Made by a program: the position numbers and the translations under genes. The notes beneath the pieces were generated by a model. That model saw nothing but the letters and a program-made list of their open reading frames with translations, was not told where the DNA came from and searched no databases. DNA of 64,000 nt from Chiloscyllium plagiosum (lineage: Eukaryota), in contig NC_057750.1 of assembly GCF_004010195.1 (NCBI RefSeq), positions 17,983,466 to 18,047,465 of the forward strand, read 5' to 3'. Below, piece after piece: positions 1 to 12,269 of this stretch (within the stretch, counting starts at the first letter, position 1; the number at the start of each line of letters is the position of its first letter).

Positions 1-705
1 AGTTTGGCTAATTTAATGAGGGGCCGTTTATGGTGCCAGATAAAGGAGCTGAACCAACTGTTCAGTCTCCTGAGGGTTTGTTTATTGAAAATCAGGGGGA
101 GCATCCGTATAGGGTATAGCAAACGAGGGAGAATATTCATCTTAATAAGCGCTATCCGACCCAACCATGAGACTGGAAGTGCCTCCCCATCTTTGGGGAT
201 CTTGTTTAATTTTTTCAAATAATTGAGTAAAATTAGCTTTGAACTGCCAATCCAGAACTGGAGTAATGAATATGCCCAAATACACAAAAACCCTTCTGTG
301 ACCACCTAAATGGGAATCTATAGTCAAGAGCCAACTCTTTCGTAAGACCACCCATAGGCATAGTCTCTGATTTAGCAAAATTAATCTTATACCCTGAAAA
401 AGCACCAAATGCGTGAATGCATTGTATCAGGCAAGGCACTGAGACTGCTGAATTTGTCAAGAAAATTAGATCATCATCTGCATACAGCGAGATCTTATGT
501 AATTTTGACCCCACTTCTGGAACTGATATATTGAGATCCCCACGAATGGCCTCTGCCAACGGTTCAATCACCAATGTAGAAAGTAATGGTGAAAGGGGAC
601 AGCCCTGCCGGATGCCCCTAGAAATATTAAAATTGCTTGATCGTACCCCGTTGGTAATGACTGCAGCGAGAGGTACACTGTAGAGAACCTTTACCCATCT
701 TATGA
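1..705 (-). mobile_element. L1/Tx1-clade LINE reverse-transcriptase fragment (frameshifted)
   Basis: GIRQGCPLSPLL..IEPLAEAIR, ISLYADD, FSGYKIN..KSE motifs typical of L1-clade RT. Confidence 0.85.
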
Positions 706-1717
706 AAAAATAAGTTTGACCTTAATGAGTTATTATACTTTAATTTTTTTTCAAATATTTGCCCTTTTCCTGGATTTTTCACAAGTATATTCTCACTATT
801 TTTCAGTTCAGTTACTTAATCTCCTATCCCTACTGAAGGGCAGGGTTAATATATAAAAAGTGACCTCTACCAATGGCACAGTTTGCAAGTTAACCCACAG
901 GACAGATATCAAAGTACCACAAAAGCAAGCAACAATTTTGGATTGTAATCTCTGCTCCCGTTTCCATGTTTTAAATCTTTGTCTGCTTTTGGTTTTATTC
1001 TCATTTGCATCCCTTTTTGCCTTCAGATGACAGTGGCTTATTACTGACCCATTCTCATCACCTCCAGACTTATGTTTTGAGTCTTCATTTGTCCCATCAA
1101 TGCTTAAAGCAAGTTTGTACAAACGGGCAATTTAGCCTGGTTCAGAATAGATTTCTTTTTAAGAATCAAGCATTTGATGGCTCAGCAGGTAAATACTGTG
1201 TGCGAGGAATGAGTTCAGGACAAGTCACAACTCAAGTCCTGTTTAGAAAGCATTGCAGATGTCCTTGGTGCATCTCCAAACTCAGACTGGGAGGAAAAAA
1301 TAGTCAGGAGGTTCAAGGTTTTCATCAGTATCTGGTGACCACTGCTGTATTAGATGAGTGCTAACACTTGGTTGTGTTCTGTTCAGCAAATAGCCTGATA
1401 ACACACTGTCCACAACTGCAATGAAAGATGACTAACCAAAGTCACAACGTGACAGAAAATGACTGTGTGCAGATTTGCATGTTTATGAGTTCTTCAAACA
1501 AATGAGTAACAAGTAGTAACGTCCACCAATTGAACAGATTTTTTTGCTCCACTGTTCCTTTGCAAATGTACTTCAAAGAGAGGGAGAGATGACAAGTTAC
1601 AATTTGGATCTGGGCTGGGATTGTGAGAAAAGTTGGGAAGTGGCAACTGGCTAGCATCCTCATTCCACATTAGTGTTCTTATTCCACATTAACATTTACC
1701 TCTCCCAAGAAACTTAC

Positions 1718-1782
1718 CAGTCTTTTTGCCCACAGTGGAAGCTTCCCATTTGTCATCAGGAATATAGCATCTTCAGTCTTAT
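1718..1782 (-). CDS. WDR62: Coding exon 15 of 15 (65 nt)
   Basis: ttgcag|AT..CTG|gtaagt; (D)KTEDAIFLMTNGKLPLWAKRL; phase 1/0. Confidence 0.92.
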
Positions 1783-2011
1783 CTGCAAGATTGTTTGGCA
1801 GCAATAAAAATGGTGAACAACAATTTTGCAGTATTTCTTGAGGGGAAAATTGGCTCATATATGGAACATGGGATAAGTTTTGGATGGTTCTAAGAACCAG
1901 CATCCATATGATATGAAGGTGATGAATGTTGCTTGACTGTAAATTTACATAAGTTCAAGATTCTACCTGCACCTGTTCTAGAATTTTGCACAGAATAAGA
2001 AAGCTTCATAG

Positions 2012-2340
2012 AGATTAGATTCCCTCCATAAAGATTAGATTCCCTACAGTGTTGAAAAAGGCCATTTGGCCCAACAAGTCTACACTGACCCTTCAAAGAG
2101 TAACCTGCTCAGACCCATTTCCCTTTGGCTAATGCACCTAAAACTACGGGCAATTTAGCATGGCCAATTCACCTGACCTGCACATCTTTGGCCTGTGGGA
2201 GGAAACCAGAGCACCCGGAAGACACCCATGCAGACATGGGGAGAATGTGCAAACTCCACACAGACAGTTGCCTGAGGCTGGAATTGAACCCAGGTCCCTG
2301 GCGCTGAGGCGGCAGTGCTAACATCTGAGCCATCGTGCTG
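2012..2340 (-). mobile_element. HE1-like tRNA-derived V-SINE
   Basis: tRNA-like head, V-domain core TGTGTGGAGTTTGCACATTCTCCCC, AATCT tail (reverse strand). Confidence 0.9.
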
Positions 2341-2429
2341 CTCATAAAGAAGAAAGAATAGGATTCATATTAATGGTCAAATAAAATGAAAAGGATGCAC
2401 ATGGTAAAAATGCGATAATATATTGGAGC

Positions 2430-3510
2430 TACATTTCAGAACTGAAGGCAACTGGAAAAAAGATGTTGTTTGTGCTGAGGGGAAAAGGTGCACATGGAAC
2501 AGAGCTTGAAGGTCGTAGACAAAAGGTAAAGTGAGCACAAATGGTAAAGTAGAGGATGGATATAAATGATGATTGGGCAGTAGTGGTATTCATGATAGGT
2601 ATCAATGGCAGAAAATAGGTCTGCTTGGGTGATAGCAAACCTCTGCAAACTGGTGACGGTGGGGGCTTGGTGGTGTAGGGTGATCAAAATGGAGGACAGC
2701 GTTCACACTCTAATTGTTGAACTCAAAGATGAATCCTGCAGGCTGTAAAGTAACTAGGTGGAAAATGATTTGCTGCTCCCTATCTTGTGTAGGGTTTCAT
2801 TGGAATATTGTAGCAGGCAGAGGAAAGAAATATTAGTATGAGAGTAAGATGGTGTATTGAAATGGCAAGTGACTGAAAAATCAGGATTACTTCTACAGAA
2901 TGAGTGGAGGTATTCCGCAAAACAAAGCAATCACCTACCTGCATTTGGTGAAGCCAGTATCATGAACCACACTGAATACAGTCAATCCGTTTAAAAGTAA
3001 AACAAACAAATGACTGCTTCACCTGTAAGGTGTGTTTGAGGCCTTGGATAGTGAGGCAGTAGGAGGAAAAGGTCAAGTGTTATATCTTCTGCATTTGCAC
3101 AGGAAACTGCCATAGTGGTGTGAAGAGGTGCTAGGAGTGACAGGGGACAGGCCGAAGTGCGTGGTGGGATAGGTCCCTGTAGAATGCTAATAAGGGACAA
3201 AGGAGTGCTTGGGTGCAGCATCTTGCTGGAGTTGGCAGAAATGGCACAAGATGATTATTTGATGTTGGAGGGGTGGAAAACAAGGCCAAGAGGAATCTTA
3301 CCACTGCTTTGGCAGGGAAGGGATGAGGGCGGAATTGCAGGAAATACATCATACATGGCTGATGGCCCAGTCAGCCACGTTAGGAAGGTGTCCTCATTTG
3401 GGCAGGAGGAAAAACTTTTCAGAAGCCCTCTTGTGGAAACTGGCATAATGGAGAAGTAGAGAATGGAAATGGAAATGGAACAGAAGATGTAGGGAAGTGT
3501 AATCAAGGGA
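2430..3510 (-). mobile_element. Highly degraded Penelope-like element fragment
   Basis: Colinear but decayed relative to the GIY-YIG region of the PLE at 19440-20380. Confidence 0.6.
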
Positions 3511-4287
3511 ACTATAAGAGTAAAAAGACATTTTATTAAAACTTTTCATTTTGCACTGATCAAAACAATCCGCATAAATACCAATTTAAGGGGAAAACGT
3601 TTATATTGCATGAAGGGAAACGCTGATTGCTTGGCAAGTGGTCTCCAGTAGAGGTGACACCATGTATATTACAACAATTAATGATGACTGACAGTTGTCT
3701 GCCAGGCTTTGTTTAAATTTTAAACCAGTAGGTTGTCTGTGACTGTCGGGACGTTGCCCTGTAAAATGAACTGACAAATGGCTGTCACTTATTTTATCAA
3801 GTTAAAACAGGTAATAAATGTTCATTTTCTGTCTGTCTGCAAAGCAGGGTTTTGCAAGCATAGGCTAGTTAGGTCCAGGCAAACATACCCCTTTGCAAGC
3901 AGAAGAGGGGTATGTTTGAGATGTTCAGCCAGTCTTCAGGATGTATAGCTTTTTAATACAGCTTGGCAGTTAACTGTTAATAAATTATTAATTGTTGCAT
4001 TCTCCATGGCATTGCATCTACCAATTAGGTTCTACATCCAAATCAATCAACACTCCTCACAGGCTACACAAAAGTGTTGTTTGTCTCCTTGAACTGTTAT
4101 TCTTCTGAACTGTCCTCTTGAGAGCATGATGAATAGTTTCAACGTGCTTTCCCCACAACCCCCCATAATATTCACGATCTATATTACTAAGTACAAGATC
4201 AGGATATACTCAATTCCTGTATTTAAACTTGGTTTGAATGTAAGCATATTTACTCAGCTATCTTCTGCTAGATACTTGAAATTTTAT

Positions 4288-4760
4288 ATGAGCTGAAAAT
4301 GTGTTGCTGGAAAAGCGCAGCAGGTCAGGCAGCATTCAGGGAACAGGAGAATCGACGTTTTGGGCATAAGCCCTTCTTCAGGAATGAGGAAAGTGTGTCC
4401 AGAAGGTAAGATAAAAGCTAGGGAGGAGGGACTTGGGGGAGGGGCATTGGAAATGCGATAGGTGGAAAGAGGTCAAGGTGAGGGTGATAGGTCAGACTGG
4501 GGTGGGGGCGGAGAGGCCAGGAAGAAGATTGCAGGTTAGGAAGGCGGTGCTGAGTTCGATGGATTTAACTGAGACAAGGTGGGGGGAGGGGAAATGAGGA
4601 AACTGGTGAAATCTGAGTTCATCCCTTGTGGTTAGAGGGTTCCTAGGCTGAAGATGAGGCGCTCTTCCTCCAACCGTCGTGTTGTTGTGGTCTGGCGATG
4701 GAGGAAACAAAGACCTGCATATCCTTGGTGGAGTGGGAGGGGGAGTTGAAGTGTTGAGCC
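4288..4760 (-). mobile_element. 5'-truncated Penelope-like element with degenerate hammerhead terminus and 14-bp TSD
   Basis: ACTTGAAATTTTAT at 4274-4287 and 4761-4774; reverse strand CTGAAGA-agggcttatgccc-AAAACGTC. Confidence 0.85.
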
Positions 4761-4806
4761 ACTTGAAATTTTATGCAAAGTAGTCAGCTACAGAATTTTT
4801 AAAAGA

Positions 4807-5140
4807 TTCATTCAGGGATGAGGACTTCACTGGCTAGGCCAGCATTTATTGCCCATTCCTAATTGCCCAGAGGGCAGTTAAGAGTCAACCACATTGCTGT
4901 GGGTCTGGAGTCACATGTAGGTCAGACCAGGTAAGGATCGCAGTTTCTCTGAAGGACATTAGTGAACCAGGTGGGTTTTTTAAACAATTGACAATGGATT
5001 CATGGTCATCATTAGACTCTTAATTCCAGATTTTCGTTGAATTCAAATTCCACCATCTGCTGTTGTGGGATTTGAACCCGGGTCCCCAGAACATGACCTG
5101 GGTCTCTGGATCAACAGTCCAGTGAGGCCATCGCCTCCTT
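4807..5140 (-). mobile_element. tRNA-derived SINE, family B (unnamed here)
   Basis: B-box-like GGGTTCAAATCCC on minus strand; homologous copies at 17860-18128 and 61443-61790. Confidence 0.8.
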
Positions 5141-5300
5141 TATGGATAGCCATGTGAATATCACACTAACAAAAGCAGTGACAATAAAATTAGTATAAAT
5201 GCAGAAGTTATGTTTATAAAACATATCTTTAACCTTATAAACTGTTGAATCTTTGGTCATCATTTACAGAAAGCTGCAAATCAATTGGTCACACACAAGT

Positions 5301-5623
5301 GGGCGGCACGGTGGCACAGCGGTTAGCACTGCTGCCTCACAGCGCCAGAGACCCGGGATCAATTCCCGCCTCAGGCGACTGACTGTGTGGAGTTTGCACA
5401 TTCTCCCCATGTCTGCGTGGGTTTCCTCCGGGTGCTCCGGTTTCCTCCCACAATCCAAAGATGTGCAGGTCAGGTGAATTGGCCATGCTAAATTGCCCGT
5501 AGTGTTAGGTAAGGGGTAAATGTAGGGGTATGGGTGGGTTACGCTTTGGTGGGTCTGTGTGGACTTGTTGGGCCGAAGGGCCTGTTTCCACACGGTAATG
5601 TAATCTAATCTAATCTAAAAAAA
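5301..5623 (+). mobile_element. HE1-like V-SINE, well preserved
   Basis: GGGCGGCACGGTGGCACAGCGGTTAGCACT head, V-domain, (AATCT)n plus A-rich tail. Confidence 0.93.
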
Positions 5624-5624
5624 A

Positions 5625-5995
5625 GACTCTCTGATTCAGAAGGTTCAAGTCTCACTCCAGAATGAGAGATGACCCTCCAGTACAGTACTGAGTGGGTTCT
5701 GTACTTTAAAGTATTGACTTCTGTATGAGAAATTAAAGAGAAGCTCTCACTGCTTCTAAGTTGAATACAAAAAAATGCATAACAGAAGTTTCAACAGCAG
5801 AGGACTTATTCCCAGTGCCACTGTTAATATTGAACCATTAACCAGCAATATGAAAATAGATTGGTCATTATCATACTGCTATTTTTGGGATTAATTGTGT
5901 TTCTTATTCACAACAATTTAAAAGTTCAAAATTGGCATTTTGCGATGTCTGGTCATTATAAAAGCTGCGATACAAAACTAAAAACTCTTGTTTTC
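5625..5995 (+). mobile_element. Old DeuSINE (SacSINE1/AmnSINE1-like), degraded
   Basis: CCAGTACAGTACTGAG, GGTCATTATCA..TGCT..TGGGA and tail motifs in the order recalled for the Deu-domain SINE consensus. Confidence 0.6.
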
Positions 5996-6097
5996 TTTAA
6001 AAAGCCACTGATATAAAACCACTGAGGTTTTGAATTTTTGAGGTCTATTTCATCCATCTAACGTGTTGTACAGTATATGCAAAACAGCAGCTCCTAC

Positions 6098-6213
6098 CTT
6101 GGTCCATGGGCTCTTTTAAAGGTGTTTGGAGAGACACATCCTCCACATCATCCTCACTTGTATCATCTTCCTGATCCTCTGAAGCTACCTTTTGCACCAT
6201 AAAAGTCTCTCTC
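6098..6213 (-). CDS. WDR62: Coding exon 14 of 15 (116 nt), acidic linker
   Basis: ctttag|G..CAAG|gtagga; (R)RETFMVQKVASEDQEDDTSEDDVEDVSLQTPLKEPMDQ; phase 2/1 bridges both neighbouring exons exactly. Confidence 0.85.
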
Positions 6214-6319
6214 CTAAAGTAATTGCAGAACAGTTACTAAATTCCGCAAGTAAAGCTCTTCATTCCATGTTGAAAATCTTCAAATTTTTGCATTTTCTAG
6301 TCTCATCATCAATCCAATA

Positions 6320-7250
6320 TGATAAAATTTTACACTACAGAAGGAGGCCATTTGACCCATCAAATGTGTACCTGAATCTCAAAAGGTCTACACAGCTAGT
6401 CCCACTCTCCAGCTCTATCTCCATAGCCCTCAAACTTCTTCACTTTCAAATATATATCCAGCTGTCTTTCAAAGCCTATGGAATCTCCCTGGCAGCATAT
6501 TCCAAACTCTAACAACTGAGTAAAGACTTTTCCCTCATTCCACTCCTAATTCTCTTGCTGACAACTTTGAAGTAGTGACCTTTAGGTACTGATATACCAA
6601 CCTGTGGAAACAGAATATCTTTTTTTGCCCTGTCAAAATTGCTCATAATTTTTAATATCTCAAATAGATCAGCTCTTAACCTTCTCTGCTCCAAGGAGAA
6701 TAAGCCCAATCTCTCCAATATTTCCTTGTATCTAACATCCTTCATTCCTGGTATCATTCAGTAAATCTCCTTTGAATTCTCTCCATATCTTTAACATTCT
6801 TTCACACAATTAAGGTGCCCAGAATTGAACACAATGCTCCAAATGTGGTTTGATCAATGATTTGCAGATGTGTAACATCACTGCCTTGCTTTTATATTCT
6901 ATGCTTCTATTTATACACCAAAGGATATACAAGCCTTACCAACAGTTTCATCTTGCCTGGGCACCTTCAGAGACTCATGTACATGAAGTCATAGGTCCCC
7001 CTGCTCCTGTACTCTCCTCAAATTGATACTAATAAGTGTACAGTCTCTCAATATTCTAATTTTCCAAAATGCATTACCTCACATTTATCTGCATTGAATT
7101 TCATTTGCCAAGTGCCTGCCCATTTGGCCAATTTGTTAATGCCCCTCTGAAGTTGCTCGGCATCATCCTCAATTCACTATTCTCCCTAGCTTCACATTAT
7201 TTGCAAATTTAGAGACTTTGCCCTCAACATCCATCTTCAAATTGGTTTAT
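6320..7250 (-). mobile_element. CR1 LINE 3' fragment
   Basis: MIPGMKDVRYKEILERLGLFSLEQRRLRADL, the CR1 ORF2 C-terminus. Confidence 0.85.
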
Positions 7251-7339
7251 ATAAACAATGTTAGGGTTACAAAAGCGTACCATAAGGTTTGGAGCTGTGT
7301 CCCTTGCTGTTTGCAAACATTCATTTATAATTATTTAAT

Positions 7340-8175
7340 GTAAGAGGCTTGATCAGCAAGTTTGCAGATGACGTGGAGATAAATAGTGAGGAGAAACGCC
7401 TTACGACACGATGATGGGTAAGAACAGTGGTAAATGGGATTTAAGCCAGAAAAGTACAAGGGGATGCATTTTGGGAGGACTAACAAAGCAAGGGAGTACT
7501 TAATGAATGGTAGTACCTATGATGTACAGAGGATCAGAGGGACCTTGCTGTGCGAGCCCACAAATCCTTGAAGGCAAAAGATGGACAAGGTGGCACATAG
7601 GATACTTACCTTCATTAGTTGAGGCATTTAATATAAGACCAGGGAGGAGACGAAATTTTAGTCATATCAGTTATCAGTTAGGCCACAGGTGGAGTATGGT
7701 ATGCAGTTCTAGTTGCCACATTATTGGAAGGATGTGATTGCACTAGAGAAGGTACACAGAAGATTCAGCAGGATCCCGTTAGGACTGTAGTGATTCCACA
7801 AAGAGAGGTTGAGTTTTGAAGTGCACAAAATTATGAGGGTCTTCCTAAGTAGATAGGAAGAAACATTTCCCATTGGTAGAGGGGTCAATAACCAGGAGAC
7901 ACAGATTTAAAGGGTAAGGGATAGGAAGCTTCAAGAGGATTGAAGGATGTTTTGTTCACCCAGAGAGTGGTGGTTATCTAGAACTCTCTGCTTGAAGTGG
8001 GGTTTGAGGTAGGAACCATCACAACATTTAAGCATTTAGATAAACACTTAAAACATCATAGCATACAAAGCTATTGGCCAAGTGCTCGAAAATGGGGCTA
8101 AAGTAGATAGGTCTTGCTTGATAACTGGAGCAAACTTAGGAGGCTGCAAAACTCCTCAACTCTGGACATGCCATA
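7340..8175 (+). mobile_element. CR1 LINE 3' fragment
   Basis: SKFADD-coding start, decayed ORF2 C-terminus and 3' UTR. Confidence 0.8.
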
Positions 8176-8289
8176 AAAAAAGCTTTAAACTATTCCAATG
8201 TATAACTGTAGGCACGCATGGAGCTGCAGACTATAGTTTGGAGAAAATCAAAGCATTGAGTGCACAGCCATTTTCTGATCCAACTCAGA

Positions 8290-9555
8290 CAGGTGTGGCT
8301 CAGAGGTTAACACTTTTAGTTGTCATTCTCCAAAGAACTGAAAATAAAACCAAGACTGTCATTCTAATGTTTGTTCTGCAAAGGTTCAGTCTTTAAAACT
8401 AGACATTAAACTGACACATCATCTGTCTTTTTGGGTGGAAACAAGAAATCCCATTGTATAATTACAAAGAGGAGAAGAGTTCCTTCCAGTGTTTTGCCAA
8501 TGTTTATCTCTCAATCATCACAAACAGGTTAATTAGGAAATATCATAATTGTTTGTGGGAGCTTGCACATTTTAAAACATTCACTTGTGGGATGAGTGTC
8601 ACTTGGCTAGCATTTTCATTGCCCATTCTTAGTTATCCTCTTAAGGTGGTGGTGAGCTACCTTCTTGAACTGCTGCAGTCCACGTGCTGTAGGTAGATCC
8701 ACAATGCCCTTGTGGAAATTCCAGGATTTTGGCTTATCAAAGGAACAGCAATGTATTTCTAAATCAGGATGATGACTGGCTCAGACGAAAATTCACAAAT
8801 GGTGGGGTTTCAATGTTGCATCAGTTGCCCTTAGTTTTCTAGAGGATAGTGATCATGGCTTGGAAGATGCTGTCTAAGAATCTTTGGTGAATTGCTGCAG
8901 TGCATCTTGTAGATTCTATACAGATACGATTGAGCATCAATGGTAAAGGGAATGGATGTTTGTGGCAATTGTGCTAAAGGGCTACTTTGTTCTGGATCAG
9001 GCCAAACTTTTCAGTGTTGTTGGAGCTGCACTTATCCAGTCTACTGGCAAGTGTTCCATCACACTCCTGAATAGAACGTTATAGATAGTGGACAGACTTT
9101 GGGGAGTCAGAATGTGAGTTACTCACTGCAGTATTCTTAGCCTCTGATATTGATAATGGGGTATCAGTGTTGGTAATGCCATTGAATGTCAAAGGCAAGT
9201 GGTTAAGTGTGTCCTATTGGAGAGGGCCATTACCAGCATTTGTGTGGCACAAATGTTACTTGCTGTTTTTTGATCCAAACCAGGATATTGTCCAAGTCTT
9301 GCTGCATCTGAACATACACTGTTCAGTAAGAGGGGTTGCGAATGGTGCCGAACATTGTGCAAATCATTAGTGAACATAGTCAGCTCTGGTCTTGTATCAG
9401 AGAGAAGGTCATTGATGAAGCAGCTGAATCTGGTTGGACACTCCACAAGGAGCTCCTGCATTTCAATGCCTAAGCTTTAGAAGTATTCAATTGACTGTAA
9501 AGCACCTTGGGACATCCTGAGATACTAAAAGGCACTATGTGAGTTGACATTTTTT
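8290..9555 (+). mobile_element. DeuSINE-like element split by a minus-strand LINE fragment (about 8577-9460)
   Basis: SINE body ends TTGTTTGTGGGAGCTTGC near 8565 and resumes with the GTAAAGCACCTTGGGACATCCTGAG tail near 9497; the insert is homologous to the LINE at 30920-32760. Confidence 0.65.
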
Positions 9556-10199
9556 ACTTCTACCACCAAGATGTGCTTGGACTTGTACTTATGAATACAT
9601 GGGTGCAAAGATGGGATAACCTCAATTCTTATATTGCAGGCGAAAATTGCTCTTCTCACATCAAGTCCCTTGTGTAGACCTTGAAATGAATACGATGAAT
9701 TTAGAAGTGGACTCAGCAGCTATGTTTTCCATCCAATTTAAACTGCTACAATGAGGGCATCACAAAATTTCAAGTATTACAACAAATCAATGGGTGGCAA
9801 GATAGCAATGGCATTGTGACAAACCAAAATAGAACATTTAGGTTTCTAGGCCTCGCACTTGAATGCCCTCAAGTCTAGGAGGCAACCGTGTAATCAGAAT
9901 GAAGTGCATCAAGACTTATTTGGAATTGGCGATAAGAGAGGGAAGCAAAAAATTAAGTTATTATAGGCCCAGTCTCACTTCAAAAGTTAAATCACAACAA
10001 TATCTACAGTTACTTGGGAATCTGTTGTATTACCAATCATCTACACAGTTGAGGATTGGATTACCAAAATTTGATCTTTGAATAACTCCTTTAGAAATAA
10101 TAAGGAATTATAATTTTAAAAATTTGGAAGGCTGCCTGACCTTCTAAATTTCAGTACCTGAGATATCCTGCAAGTCAACTGCAGTTTCATCTAACATAC

Positions 10200-10322
10200 C
10201 TGATTGGTGCAGATGTCTTGGTTGGTGGAGTCTTATCCTTTTTAGCAATCTGTTTAATTTCAGAAAGACGATGTCTCATACAATTTGTCAATTGAGTGTC
10301 CAAGCGCCATATGAATATGCAG
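10200..10322 (-). CDS. WDR62: Coding exon 13 of 15 (123 nt), end of WD40 region
   Basis: ccacag|C..ATCAG|gtatgt; (S)CIFIWRLDTQLTNCMRHRLSEIKQIAKKDKTPPTKTSAPI; phase 2/2. Confidence 0.93.
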
Positions 10323-11116
10323 CTGTGGGTTACAAAATATGTTTGGAGAAACTTGAATATTCAGTATTAAGTTGTACATTTACTATTTAGTTAATCAAAG
10401 AAAGTTTCTGAAGGGTCACTGGACCCGAAATGTCAACTTTAATTTCTCATGCTGCCTAAGCTGCTGAGGTTTTCCAGCAATTTCTATTTTTGTTACTATT
10501 TAACAATATTGCACTTAGACCCGAAAGTGACTTGTTAGGCAGTTACATAATAAGCTAGTTTCTTGCATAGAATTTTTACAGAAAACAATTATTTTACGGA
10601 AAACTGAACTTATTATAAACCCTGAGCAAAGAATACATTTAGCAGCTGAAGGTTAGAAGAAATGAGAGTAAAGAGTACAGAAATTGTGGTAACAGTCATG
10701 GTAAATGAGAAAAGCCCACATGGTAACAGCACTTCATAAATCATTACGACTGAGCCAGTCATTCAGTGATTGAAGAAACACAGAAAGAGAGCATGTCCCT
10801 TCGATTTAAAAATGACCAAAATTAGACCACACTGACAGACTGGGATTTATCATTTAATTTTTCTTGCAAAGAAAATGAGGATTGGTGGTTCCTCAGCCAT
10901 AATGGAAACCATTTTCGTGTCTGATGATTGTATGTTGGGCTCCTATGTCTAGCATACTCAGTGTCAAGTCGAAGAAATTACACATGGTACACACTCTTGG
11001 AACATTGGTCTGCGAAACTAGGGCTTTTCAATAGCCATTTATTTACAAACAAAACATCCTGCGCTCAAATTTTCCCCCACAAGTACATACCATAGAGTCC
11101 AATAGTAAGCACTCAC

Positions 11117-11180
11117 CTGTCTCCAGAGACTGTGATGAGATACTTGCAATCATTTGTAAACTTCATGCCAGTTACAATTT
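11117..11180 (-). CDS. WDR62: Coding exon 12 of 15 (64 nt)
   Basis: ccatag|AA..GACAG|gtgagt; (E)IVTGMKFTNDCKYLITVSGD; phase 1/2. Confidence 0.95.
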
Positions 11181-11375
11181 CTATGGTTCAAAACAAAAGA
11201 AAACATTTGCAAATTATTTGTACAATTTTTGCACTGTCTGCAATTATTACTAAATTCAAAATCATTCTAAATCACATGCAACAAAGATCCATTGCAGAAA
11301 TTCACAAATTACTCCTTGAATTTGATCTGTTTTCAATCCAATCTATCAGATTCAAAGTCACAATCTTTCTAAGTA

Positions 11376-11466
11376 CCTGATGACCCACCTGAAGGAGCGG
11401 CGCTCTGAAAGCTAGTGCCTCCAAATAAACCTGTTGGACTATATCCTGGTGTTGTGTGATTTTTAA
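11376..11466 (+). mobile_element. 91-bp PLE terminus with disrupted hammerhead, 11-bp TSD
   Basis: CTTTCTAAGTA at 11365-11375 and 11467-11477; same family as the arms at 47935 and 49510. Confidence 0.8.
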
Positions 11467-11934
11467 CTTTCTAAGTATAGGTTGACAAGAAGACATCACA
11501 ATTTTGGATCTGGACTTTTAACACTTGAGCAATGCTAGAATTCTCAGTACAGTACATGTGAAATAAAATTTTAAAAAACTGTCAACTAATGTAGCTGGTA
11601 GTGATTTTTCTCGATAAGCAGTTTGTAAAAGCTAAACTGAATCATCAATCAAATCCAACACAAAACCTCAAGTCAGGTTATCTTCCAAATGTATCCTTTG
11701 CCTGCTCCCAAGGATCATAACCAGTGCGACACCTAATCCCTTGGAATGAGGCCAGTCAAGTGGTTGAATTATCCACAGCCAAGTTGTATAAAATCATACC
11801 TGATACTGAGCACATAAAAAAGGTAGTACCAAAGTTGACTGTGGTTCACATATGTTTGCACTCGAGGTCACTGGCATTAAACAATTCAAAATACATTGCT
11901 AGATGAAACATTTGATTATTTTGTGCTGTTAAGC

Positions 11935-12257
11935 TCACAAGACTTCTTGGACGGGTTTTGGGGGGTGGGAGGGGTGCGGGTGATTTTGGACGGGTTGGGG
12001 TCGGATGGGGTGGAAGGGGCGGGAAGGAAGGGGGGGGACGGTGTTGTATGGGGTTGGGGGGAGGTTGGGTGGGAGCAGTGTCGGGTGGGGATGGGGGGGC
12101 ACGTGCATGGTGTGCTGCTGCCTAGTCTCCTGAACGGGGACTTAACAGAAAACCCTGAGCCCCAGAAGAAAGGCATTGAATCAATTAACCGAATAATCAA
12201 TTATCCGAATGAAACAGTGCCCACCCATCTCGTTTGGATAATAGCAGTTCCTCTGTA
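11935..12257. mobile_element. Probable Tc1/mariner-pogo (Tigger-like) non-autonomous remnant with G-rich tract
   Basis: Ends ..GGATAAT..GTTCCTCTG|TA; similar terminus at about 52552-52647; only one end seen. Confidence 0.45.
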
Positions 12258-12269
12258 TAGAAGTTTCAG

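Noticed and set aside
808..1122. 104-aa minus-strand ORF as the next WDR62 exon
   Set aside because: No recognisable family motif. The best acceptor (TTTAAG at 1104-1103) gives an immediate stop in the phase 0 required by the preceding exon.
5301..5375. tRNA genes
   Set aside because: The A/B-box-like heads are fused to SINE bodies and tails, so they are SINE heads rather than tRNAs.
5264..5593. Recurrent ORFs such as LAWPIHLTCTSLDCGRKPEHPEETH as a peptide gene family
   Set aside because: They are antisense translations of HE1-like SINE copies.
10158..10199. Alternative donor 42 nt downstream of exon 13 (CAG|GTACTG)
   Set aside because: The extension contains an in-frame TGA.
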